The position numbers were made by a program, and so were the translations under genes. The notes below the pieces were generated by a model. That model was not told the DNA's origin. It ran no database searches and saw only the letters and a list, made by a program, of their open reading frames with translations. Source: a virus (Duplodnaviria; Caudoviricetes). Taken from it: a stretch of 60,540 nucleotides of DNA. This document shows, in pieces, positions 10,625 to 19,290 of the stretch (its first letter is position 1; each line of letters begins with the position of its first letter). The DNA lies in the IMG/VR virus record IMGVR_UViG_3300035701_000034, positions 1 to 60,540 of that record; one strand, 5' to 3'.

Positions 10625-12046
10625 ATGGCAGTATCTGGAGAATATAGAAAACAAACAATAAAAAAGACATTAACAATTAATGGCGTTAATTTCTATGGAA
10701 ATTCATATGTGAATAAAACTATAACACTTAAAGATATTAGAAATTCTTTTAGTGGGATTACAACTACAGGAAATATTCATGTTTCATATCCATCGATTAC
10801 GAATAGCGTGTTTGCGACATTATCTTCTGTAGAATACGTAACAAGAAGAGATGCTTTGCTTAGTATTGAACCAGATATGACATCATCACAATTATCAGTA
10901 ATGAAATCTAGTTCTACTGGAGTCGATCTTGTGGCATGTCCTATTATTGCAGTATCAACAACTCAACCCATAACAACAGCAGCAGTAACAACAGCAGCAG
11001 TAACAACTGCAACACCAACAACCGCAGTACCAATAACATTTTGGGCTTTCGGTTTAGGTGGGAAAGTTTTTAAAACAATAAATGGAGGTGTTACATGGGT
11101 GGATAAATCAATATCTTCTGGTGTTGACCCAAATATTAATAGTCTTGTTGTTGTATATAACGGATGTTTCTGTGGCAATGTGGGGTACTTATTAGCTATA
11201 ACTAATTCTCCTACTGTTTTAGTTAAATTATATAAAACTATTGATGGTGGTGATAGTTGGGTTAGTCTTACTGTACCTAGTCAAAATGTTGTTTCTTTAA
11301 TAACTATTGATGCTAATAATGTTATTTTAGGTACGTATTTTACTGAAACCGTAGTATATAAATCAAGTAATGGAGGTAATTTATTTACATCAACATTTAA
11401 GGGTGGTATCAGCTTTACTAATTATAGAATGGATTTTGCAACATCATCAACGGGATATTCAACTGATGTATTTCCAAATAATAGTATACGTGTTGCAAAA
11501 ACAACAAATGGTGGTTCTTTTATAGATGTTACACCACCGCTATTAACTTCATTTGTTATGGATGTATCATTTGTTGGTGATGTTGGATATATAGCTAATG
11601 AAAATAACGTATGGAAAACAAGTAATGGTGGATCATCTTGGAATAAATTAGGATATATTTTACCGGGAAATAATCCAGCTACTCCAGATAATATTAATAG
11701 TATATACGTTTATTTCATAAAACAATTAAATAATGGTGTTGTTATTGCTGCGGGAATAAATAATAGTGCAACAGCAATTAAAATAGCAAGATCAGTTGAT
11801 GGTGGATTAAATTGGGTAACATCATCATTTGGCATAGCTGATGGATACTCATCCACAAATTATTATGCTACTCAATTAGATTTTTATGATAATAATAACG
11901 GTATATTAGTATTATCTAATGCTGGTACTAGTAGTTCTGGTGGTGTATTAAGAACTAGTGACGGTGGATTGAATTGGAGTTTATCACAGACTGGTTCTGC
12001 AACACCTTTGAAAGCAATATCACGTTCAAGAGCACCAATACTTTAA
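10625..12046 (+). CDS. virion protein: N-terminal domain, Thr-rich linker and BNR/Asp-box (YCF48-like) beta-propeller; candidate receptor-binding protein
   Basis: Repeated [KR][TS].[DN]GG..W motifs (KTINGGVTW, KTIDGGDSW, KTSNGGSSW, RSVDGGLNW, RTSDGGLNW). Confidence 0.75.
   Translation: MAVSGEYRKQTIKKTLTINGVNFYGNSYVNKTITLKDIRNSFSGITTTGNIHVSYPSITNSVFATLSSVEYVTRRDALLSIEPDMTSSQLSVMKSSSTGVDLVACPIIAVSTTQPITTAAVTTAAVTTATPTTAVPITFWAFGLGGKVFKTINGGVTWVDKSISSGVDPNINSLVVVYNGCFCGNVGYLLAITNSPTVLVKLYKTIDGGDSWVSLTVPSQNVVSLITIDANNVILGTYFTETVVYKSSNGGNLFTSTFKGGISFTNYRMDFATSSTGYSTDVFPNNSIRVAKTTNGGSFIDVTPPLLTSFVMDVSFVGDVGYIANENNVWKTSNGGSSWNKLGYILPGNNPATPDNINSIYVYFIKQLNNGVVIAAGINNSATAIKIARSVDGGLNWVTSSFGIADGYSSTNYYATQLDFYDNNNGILVLSNAGTSSSGGVLRTSDGGLNWSLSQTGSATPLKAISRSRAPIL
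10973..11032 (+). repeat. 15-bp degenerate tandem repeat x4 encoding TTAAV/TTATP/TTAVP
   Basis: ACAACAGCAGCAGTA units. Confidence 0.85.
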
Positions 12047-12047
12047 T

Positions 12048-12944
12048 ATGAAATTTTTATCCGCACAATCTGATAATGATTACCATATATGGCAGTTACA
12101 AGTACAGATGTTCAATTTTAGAAAATTTGGAATTGAAGATAAGGCAATTATATTACTTGGATATAATGTAAAAATAGGTGTTAGTGTTAAAGCACTTGAA
12201 TTTAAAGATAATACAAGTGCTATGGTTATTTTCTTACCTGATGAAAGAGACTTGTCTGATAGATTGTATACACAAAGTATTAGACCTCATTTAATTAAAC
12301 AATTATATTTACACCATCCCCATTTATTGGAAAACAGGACTATATTAATACATGATTGTCAAATTCTTTTTACCAAATTACCGAGTGTAAAGAAGTTAAT
12401 TACAAAAAGAAAAATTTATGTTAGTCAATTTCATGTTGACCCGATTGATCAAAGATTATTAAAAGAGATGTATAAAATGGTGGGAATATCATCATCGAGA
12501 GTGGATAAAAATAAGAACTTAATTGGTGGTATTCAATATTTATTCAATTCTTCTCTCAATTTTTCATATGATTTTTGGAATAAAATAGAAAATGATTCAA
12601 ACAGTTTATATAAATTGATGCTTGTAAATAGCGAACGAGTTAATCCTTCTTGGTCTGCGGAAATATGGGCTATGTTATGGAATATTTGGTTGGTTGGTAT
12701 TGATACTGAGATAAATAGTGAATTATCTTTTACGACCGGAAATACTCCAATCGAAGAATTAGAAAATAAGAACATATATTATAATGATGATCCGTTAGAA
12801 GATCAAACAAAAAAAATATTTAAAAGAAAAGATTATATTAAAGAAACACCCTTTTCGAGTGATTTATCATATGTTGATCCTTTATTTTGTTCTTCATTTT
12901 ATGCAAAAGAAATAATTGAAACTGGTAATTATTTAAATTTATGA
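12048..12944 (+). CDS. GT-A fold glycosyltransferase-like protein (HPAT/SERGT-like), degenerate DxD
   Basis: Paralog of the next gene's N-terminal half: YHIWQ, SIRPH, IHDCQILF, WSAEIWAMLW. Confidence 0.55.
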   Translation: MKFLSAQSDNDYHIWQLQVQMFNFRKFGIEDKAIILLGYNVKIGVSVKALEFKDNTSAMVIFLPDERDLSDRLYTQSIRPHLIKQLYLHHPHLLENRTILIHDCQILFTKLPSVKKLITKRKIYVSQFHVDPIDQRLLKEMYKMVGISSSRVDKNKNLIGGIQYLFNSSLNFSYDFWNKIENDSNSLYKLMLVNSERVNPSWSAEIWAMLWNIWLVGIDTEINSELSFTTGNTPIEELENKNIYYNDDPLEDQTKKIFKRKDYIKETPFSSDLSYVDPLFCSSFYAKEIIETGNYLNL

Positions 12945-14653
12945 AATTTATATCTGCACAACCAGATTCTATGTATTTCATTTGGCAATTAGAACTGCAG
13001 ATGTATAATTTTAGAAATTTGGGTATTGAAAAAGATGCTATAATATTATTCTCTTTTAATGAAGAAGAGGGAATTAACCCCAATGCACTGAAATTTAGTT
13101 ATGAAACAGATGCTGTTGTTATTTTTATTCCTGATAAAAGAGATAGTTCTTTAAAAAATTACATATCGACAATTAGACCACATATTTTAAAATCATTTTT
13201 TGAATTATATGCCTCTCAAATAAGTCATGGGCATGATATTTTTTATCATGACTCGGATATATTATTTCGTTTATTACCTGATTTTAAGGTTCTTTCAAAT
13301 GAAGGAAAAATAGCATTAAGTGATACAATATCATACATAGGCTCTGCATATATAAAAAGTAAGGGAGAGGGATTGCTAGAAGAAATGTGTGCATCAATTA
13401 ATATTGATCCAATTTTAGTTGAAAAAAATAACGATAATTCTGGTGGTGCTCAATATTTCATACCTAAAAATATTCCATTGACATATTCCTTTTGGGATAA
13501 AGTAGAAAAGGATTCTCAAACATTATATACATTGATGAATGATACATCTTCTAAATATAATCCTTCCCATCCCATTCAATCATGGACTGCGGATATGTGG
13601 GCATTATTATGGAGTTTTTGGAATTTAGGTTATGAAACAGCTATAAGTAAAGAGTTGAGTTTTTCGTGGCCAACATATGATATTGGTGAATGGGAGAAAC
13701 ATAACATATATCACAATGCTGGTGTTACTCCAGATAGAAAGGATTTATTTTATAAAGGTGCGTATACGACAACTTCACCAATTAATTTATTACATAAAAA
13801 CGTAAATGATAAATTTTGTTCATTCAAGTATGTTGAAGTTATGAAGAATTTTTCAAAGGAAAAGTTTAAAACAGAAAAAATCTCATGTATCATGTGTACA
13901 TACGGTAGATTTAATATGGTTGAAAGAAGTTTATCTTTTTTCATGAATCAAGATTTTTTAAATAAAGAATTGATCATATTTAATACTGCAGAAAAACATC
14001 TTGAATTAGATAAATCTTTAATGAATGAAAATATCATTATAGTTAATAATAGCATCTCATATATTACTGGGTTACCATATACTAATGTTGGGGATGTTAG
14101 AAGAGATGCATTAACACATGCAAATGGAGCAATATATTCTTGTTGGGATGATGATGATTTTTTTATGCCATATCATTTATCTCAATCATATGCTAACCTT
14201 ATTGGTTCGAATAAAAAAGCATGGAAACCAAAATATTCACTATGGAGTCAGGATGGTGGACGAACATTTAAAAGAGACCGTAACAATTTTGAGGCAAGTA
14301 TTTTAGTTTATATTGATTATTTGTTTTTCGAAGAAAAAACTGGTGATGAACATATTGGGTGGTTATACAAATTACAAGATGAAGGTCAATTAGATGAGAG
14401 TGTTGATGTTCAACCCTTGGAATCATATTGTTATGTTTGGGGTGATATACTAGCACCACACAAACAGTCTGCTCAAATTACTGACCCTAATAATTTTAAT
14501 AATCATAAAATACATTCAATTGATTTTGGTGAAAGGGCATTAACACATATTGATGTGTCTAACTATTATTACAATGTTTGGTCATTTGAAAAGAAAGACC
14601 TTGTATACGAGAAACTCAAAATATATATTTCAAAGTATTTATCATTAAATTGA
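12941..14653 (+). CDS. bifunctional glycosyltransferase: HPAT/SERGT-like GT-A domain plus GT2 domain
   Basis: N-half YFIWQ, YISTIRPH, FYHDSDILF (DxD), WTADMWALLW; C-half ISCIMCTYGR, ELIIFN, WDDDD (GT2). Confidence 0.75.
   Translation: MKFISAQPDSMYFIWQLELQMYNFRNLGIEKDAIILFSFNEEEGINPNALKFSYETDAVVIFIPDKRDSSLKNYISTIRPHILKSFFELYASQISHGHDIFYHDSDILFRLLPDFKVLSNEGKIALSDTISYIGSAYIKSKGEGLLEEMCASINIDPILVEKNNDNSGGAQYFIPKNIPLTYSFWDKVEKDSQTLYTLMNDTSSKYNPSHPIQSWTADMWALLWSFWNLGYETAISKELSFSWPTYDIGEWEKHNIYHNAGVTPDRKDLFYKGAYTTTSPINLLHKNVNDKFCSFKYVEVMKNFSKEKFKTEKISCIMCTYGRFNMVERSLSFFMNQDFLNKELIIFNTAEKHLELDKSLMNENIIIVNNSISYITGLPYTNVGDVRRDALTHANGAIYSCWDDDDFFMPYHLSQSYANLIGSNKKAWKPKYSLWSQDGGRTFKRDRNNFEASILVYIDYLFFEEKTGDEHIGWLYKLQDEGQLDESVDVQPLESYCYVWGDILAPHKQSAQITDPNNFNNHKIHSIDFGERALTHIDVSNYYYNVWSFEKKDLVYEKLKIYISKYLSLN
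14635..14642 (+). promoter_or_regulatory. GTATTTAT putative late promoter
   Basis: 17 nt before the ATG at 14660. Confidence 0.5.
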
Positions 14654-14659
14654 TCTTAA

Positions 14660-17158
14660 ATGTCATTTATTCTTAAAAATAATCCAACAATTATCAATAT
14701 AAAGCTGACTAGTGTCGGAAGACAATTGCTTTCCAAAGGTAAATTGAATATGACTAAATGGGCTATTGGTGATAGTGAAATTGATTATTCTTTTAGTAAG
14801 AAAATATCTTTTGATCCATTTATGGAGAATATTTTAAGACCTAAAGATCAAAATCCAAAATTTTCATCATTTATTCTACAAAACGGTACTGATTTAAATA
14901 GTAAATATACTTCTCTTCCAACGGTTGTATCTAACACTAATGTGGTTGCTAATACAGCAACTCTTAGAGGATTTTTCACTAAAGATACTACTAAATTATT
15001 GGTCGATGCATTAAGAATGAAGCAAGCTGATATGCAAGTCTTTATATCAACACTTACAGGTGGTACTATCTTAAAAATAAGAAAATCACCAACATATCTT
15101 TCAAATCCAACAGAACCAATTGTTGGAGATTATATATTAGTCAGATGGGCAAACCCATTAATTCTTGGTGGTACTGTAACTCCAAGTCTTGTTTTAGCAA
15201 CACCACATATTTGGTATAAAATTGAATCTATACGATCTGGAAAATTAAGTACAGATAATTTGATCATTGGTGTAGATAAACAACTACCTAATTTCGGTGC
15301 ACTTGGCGGTACTATCGCTTCTGGTGTATTTTTATATCCAAATAGTAATAATAGATCGGTAAGTGGTGATTCGATTCAATCGTATTATAGCACACCATAT
15401 GTTTCTGATTTTATTAGTGATAGTGTTATTTCGTTTTTTGAAAATTGTATATGTCCAGTAAGAGATGTACCAGTTTGGAATATGTCAATAGTATTCACAG
15501 AAGAAATTGCGGGTGTTAAATCAACAGATAGAAATATTTCTCAATATTATACAAAGGGATATGGTGGTTTTGTACAATACATTGAAAGAATTTCACCGAA
15601 AGTGAAAAATGTTGGTATTATTCATTTCACTAATAGTTCACCATCTAATCATTATGGTGAGGGGTTTTTATTGAAAACACCAATACTTGACTTACCTACA
15701 ATTATGTGGCATCATGAAACTGGTGGTACAATGGGGTTAAGATTAACTTCTTACGGTTCTGAAAAAATTTTAGATACTTTAAATATTGTTTATTATGATT
15801 TAGCCGATAAATACGGAAATATTGTTGGTAAGATTTTTAACGATTTAAAAATTTTCTTGATTGAAGATCAAGAATTGTTGTTTGCAATGTCATATAAAAG
15901 CAATAGAAGCTGGACTTTACCAAGACCAAGTGCTGGATTTAATCTTCAATTGAACAACTGTAGTGGTGTTTGTTTATTAAAACCACCAACAATTATAAAA
16001 ACACAAGAAACATCTTTTGGTGCAAAAAATGCAACAATAACCATTACTCCGAATGGTGGTCAGGGAGATATTTTCTATTCTATTGACGGTGGATTGACAT
16101 ATAAAACCACACCAACATTTACTGGATTAGGTTCTGGTACTTATAATGTTGTTGTATTAGACACCGTTATTCAAAATTGTAGTATATCAACTGTAGTAAC
16201 GATTGCAGCAGTAACAACAACTCAACCACCAATTACAACAATAGCAGGAACAACTGCAGTAGCGACAACTGCAGCAGTAACAACTGCAGCAGTAACAACT
16301 GCAGCAGTAACAACTGCAGCAGTAACAACTCTAGCAGTGACAACACCAGCACCAACATTTTTAGTTGCTGGAAAATTCTTAAATGGATTACCTAATTCAT
16401 GGAAATTTAATTTCAATGATTTCGGAGGATCAGTACAAACAAATATTTTAACTACGGCTCCTAGTCAATTTGGTAATATCACAAAAACTCTACATGGAAA
16501 TACTGTTAATGGTACTGTAACCAAATTGACTAATGGTGGATTGGTTGAAAACGGTCTTACAGTCACATTCTATAAAAACGGTATTTTTGTGGGTCAATCA
16601 TCAGGTCTTGTTGATGGTAGTGCTGGAATTGCTGCATTTAATTTTACAGCATTTAATGGTGATGTACTTTCTATGGAAGTTTATGAAAACTTACCACCAC
16701 CACCACCACCACCTTGTATAGCATATGACTTTGTAAATAACAGCGACATTTCTACTATGACTGTACAGTATCAAGATTGTGCTGGATTTACAACTACTCT
16801 CGTCATATTAGCAGGTGGTTTAGCATCAGGTATTTGTTGTTTAGTAGGTTCAATATCGATTGTTGATGGTGCAGGAACTATAACTGAAAACCCAACTCTT
16901 CAATTCTTATGTAATGGTACAACAACAACTGCAGCACCAGTAACAACCTTACCACCACCACCAGCCTTGGGTTGTGATCAGTATCGTATTGTGGAAAATA
17001 GCGATTCTAATCCTTTATTAATACAATATTTGGATTGCTTTGGTGGTACACAAAATTTCACAATTAATCCGGGTGGAACAATTACATTATGTGCACAGAC
17101 TGATACTATAATATTTATTTCTGGAACAGGTGGAATAACTCTTTTAGCAGCATGTTAA
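14660..17158 (+). CDS. baseplate/tail virion protein with SprB-like repeat, TTAAV linker and shared C-terminal modules
   Basis: N-terminal KLT.VGR.LL.KG.L...W.IGDSEIDY; GGQGDIFYSIDGG...FTGL.SGTYNVVV.D; (TTAAV)n; two Cys-rich modules. Confidence 0.7.
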   Translation: MSFILKNNPTIINIKLTSVGRQLLSKGKLNMTKWAIGDSEIDYSFSKKISFDPFMENILRPKDQNPKFSSFILQNGTDLNSKYTSLPTVVSNTNVVANTATLRGFFTKDTTKLLVDALRMKQADMQVFISTLTGGTILKIRKSPTYLSNPTEPIVGDYILVRWANPLILGGTVTPSLVLATPHIWYKIESIRSGKLSTDNLIIGVDKQLPNFGALGGTIASGVFLYPNSNNRSVSGDSIQSYYSTPYVSDFISDSVISFFENCICPVRDVPVWNMSIVFTEEIAGVKSTDRNISQYYTKGYGGFVQYIERISPKVKNVGIIHFTNSSPSNHYGEGFLLKTPILDLPTIMWHHETGGTMGLRLTSYGSEKILDTLNIVYYDLADKYGNIVGKIFNDLKIFLIEDQELLFAMSYKSNRSWTLPRPSAGFNLQLNNCSGVCLLKPPTIIKTQETSFGAKNATITITPNGGQGDIFYSIDGGLTYKTTPTFTGLGSGTYNVVVLDTVIQNCSISTVVTIAAVTTTQPPITTIAGTTAVATTAAVTTAAVTTAAVTTAAVTTLAVTTPAPTFLVAGKFLNGLPNSWKFNFNDFGGSVQTNILTTAPSQFGNITKTLHGNTVNGTVTKLTNGGLVENGLTVTFYKNGIFVGQSSGLVDGSAGIAAFNFTAFNGDVLSMEVYENLPPPPPPPCIAYDFVNNSDISTMTVQYQDCAGFTTTLVILAGGLASGICCLVGSISIVDGAGTITENPTLQFLCNGTTTTAAPVTTLPPPPALGCDQYRIVENSDSNPLLIQYLDCFGGTQNFTINPGGTITLCAQTDTIIFISGTGGITLLAAC
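16265..16354 (+). repeat. 15-bp tandem repeat (ACAACTGCAGCAGTA x4 plus 2 degenerate) encoding TTAAV
   Basis: Directly visible in the DNA. Confidence 0.95.
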
Positions 17159-17173
17159 TAAAAAAATAGAAAT

Positions 17174-17953
17174 ATGGCAGGAGTAACGACATTTGTAACA
17201 TATTTATTTCAATCTACACCGATAACAGGTAGTAGCACACAACCATTTCAATACGGAAAATCATTGGGATATTCTACAGCTATTCACTGTAATTATATTC
17301 AAAAATTAGAATCTACTAATTTAGCTAATAAGAGTGTTTCAGTAATAATGCCAAATAGTACGGCATTTCCGTTCTTAAGAACCTCAAGCCAAATTAATAC
17401 AAGTCAAATAGGTATTGGTTGGAGTGCAAGGAGATTATATGTTCTTGTTCAATTTGTTACTGAAACTGGAGATACTGTAAGTCCTGTTGGTTCTAAATGG
17501 AAGATAGTTGATGTCACTAATCAGTTAAATGGATATAATATTTTTTCTGGTACAACAATACCACCACAAGCTTTTGATGTTGATACAATTATTAATATCC
17601 CTGTTAATGTGATCAATGTAGCACAAAATTACAATTTGGACTATTTAAAATATCCATCATCATTATCAGTTGATGATAATAGATTAGCATTTGGGGAAGA
17701 ATCATTCTTTTTTGGTAATATTCAAACTGACATTAAGGCTGTTGCATATACTACTGATATTTCAATATTATTACCGTTGAATCAATATAATTCTACTACA
17801 AATCCTACGTGGGATGCTTTAACACCAATTCAAATTTCTGAGGTTGGATTATTTGATGACAATAATAATCAAATTGCTGTAGGTAAACTGAATTACCCAA
17901 TATCTAAAGATTCAACAATTTTTAGAACAGTTGAATTTAGTATTGATTTTTAA
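17174..17953 (+). CDS. baseplate/tail structural protein
   Basis: C-terminal ISEVGLFD.NN..IAVGKL..PI.K pattern of phage tail/baseplate proteins. Confidence 0.65.
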   Translation: MAGVTTFVTYLFQSTPITGSSTQPFQYGKSLGYSTAIHCNYIQKLESTNLANKSVSVIMPNSTAFPFLRTSSQINTSQIGIGWSARRLYVLVQFVTETGDTVSPVGSKWKIVDVTNQLNGYNIFSGTTIPPQAFDVDTIINIPVNVINVAQNYNLDYLKYPSSLSVDDNRLAFGEESFFFGNIQTDIKAVAYTTDISILLPLNQYNSTTNPTWDALTPIQISEVGLFDDNNNQIAVGKLNYPISKDSTIFRTVEFSIDF

Positions 17954-18065
17954 CCCAAATTTCACTCAAAAATATAATGGTTGATTAGTAGAAATAATCG
18001 ATTTTCTTATAAAATTTTACTCTTTTTTAGAATTTTTTAGTATTTATTATAAATATACTAAAAAA

Positions 18066-18266
18066 ATGGAAATTCTAAAGATAGAGACCAAACAAAAATC
18101 TGATTCAAAATCAGTGATAATTGACGGTAAATTACATGCAAGCATGAAAAAATACTGTATGGGTACAAAGCGTAAAATAGGTGGGGTTATTGAAAATCTC
18201 ATTAGATTATACTTAGCAAATCCCAAAGAAATTGAGAATTTAATTGAAAATATTAAAGATAAATAA
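18066..18266 (+). CDS. small DNA-binding protein, ribbon-helix-helix-like
   Basis: KSVIIDGKLHASMKKYC...KIGGVIENLI strand-helix-helix pattern; GTATTTAT at 18040. Confidence 0.5.
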   Translation: MEILKIETKQKSDSKSVIIDGKLHASMKKYCMGTKRKIGGVIENLIRLYLANPKEIENLIENIKDK

Positions 18267-18883
18267 TGGGTGATTTATCGAAAAAATATTCATGGTCATT
18301 AGATATTAGCACTACTAATATTGGAATGACTTTGTGGAATACTGAGGGTAAATTGGTTGAAATAAGACACCTTAAATTGGATACTGATAAGTCAGTTCCA
18401 GAAGAAGTCCGATATTTGGATAAAGCACATACTTTTAGGGAATATTTAGTCAAATTTAAGGATGAGGTCGAGAATCAATACAGTTGCGTTATAGAGAACA
18501 TATTTGTGGAGGCTCCACTGATGAACACTCCAGTTAATATTGAAACTACGGCCAAATTACTGGCCTTTAATGGCATTTCTTGCTATATCCTACATCAAGT
18601 CTTTGGTGTTCCACCATACTTGATCTCCATATATCAATCTCGTAAGTTATTTTGTCCAGAACTGGTCAATACCAAGAAGGTCAAGGGTAAATTGAAGGAG
18701 ACTTTAAGCTTCCCTAAAGATGTGGATAAAAAGGTTTATATTTGGAATAAAGTAGCAAAGCAATACCCAAACATTATTTGGCATTATAAGAAGGATGGAT
18801 CAATAAGAGAAACTAGCTATGACATGAGCGATAGTGTTGCTGTGGGCTATGCTGGCTTAAAAGTACTTGGAATTATCAAATAG
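18266..18883 (+). CDS. RuvC-like Holliday junction resolvase
   Basis: SLDISTTNIG, FVEAP, DMSDS acidic catalytic motifs. Confidence 0.75.
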   Translation: MGDLSKKYSWSLDISTTNIGMTLWNTEGKLVEIRHLKLDTDKSVPEEVRYLDKAHTFREYLVKFKDEVENQYSCVIENIFVEAPLMNTPVNIETTAKLLAFNGISCYILHQVFGVPPYLISIYQSRKLFCPELVNTKKVKGKLKETLSFPKDVDKKVYIWNKVAKQYPNIIWHYKKDGSIRETSYDMSDSVAVGYAGLKVLGIIK

Positions 18884-18896
18884 TTTTATATATTTG
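18866..18896 (+). promoter_or_regulatory. Bacteroidota-type sigma-A promoter
   Basis: CTTG-N19-TATATTTG. Confidence 0.6.
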
Positions 18897-18913
18897 CAAT
18901 AGGGACAACATAT

Positions 18914-19219
18914 TTGAAATCGGTTTATCTATTACAATCTGACAGTGGTCTATATAAAATAGGGGTGAGTAAAAATCCATCTAAAAGAGTTCGACAACTT
19001 CAAACGGGAAATGGCGAAAAAATTAGATTGATTTATTCATTTGAAACCGACATTCCATTTCTAGTTGAGCAGAGTTTACAGAATCATTTCATGATGTATA
19101 ATGTGAATGGTGAGTGGTTCAATCTTTCATTAGAAGACGAGTTAGAATTTTTAAATCTTTGTCGAAAATCTAATGAGAATATTAAACAACTACTTGAGTC
19201 TGGAAATCTTTTTTTGTAG
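18914..19219 (+). CDS. GIY-YIG superfamily T5orf172/MUG113-like protein
   Basis: VYLLQ...YKIGVSKNPSKRVRQLQTGN...E..L...GEWF. Confidence 0.8.
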   Translation: MKSVYLLQSDSGLYKIGVSKNPSKRVRQLQTGNGEKIRLIYSFETDIPFLVEQSLQNHFMMYNVNGEWFNLSLEDELEFLNLCRKSNENIKQLLESGNLFL

Positions 19220-19290
19220 AATTTGTTGTTTATATCGATTCTTTTTATATATTTACGAATAGGACATAAGTTAAACAAAAACAAAAACAA

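Noticed and set aside
9956-16354. CRISPR-like arrays
   Set aside because: The 15-bp repeats are contiguous, in-frame and have no spacers
10050-16910. Diversity-generating retroelement TR/VR pair suggested by the duplicated C-terminal cassettes and the 4454-5425 repeats
   Set aside because: All copies are coding, differences are not confined to adenines, and there is no reverse transcriptase in the window
2043-17953. Bacterial contractile injection system or tailocin instead of a phage
   Set aside because: Primase, resolvase, sigma factor, Mre11-Rad50 and dense small ORFs, with no housekeeping context, indicate a large phage
18914-19219. Mobile homing endonuclease or intron
   Set aside because: Free-standing 101-aa T5orf172-type domain with its own promoter; flanking genes are uninterrupted
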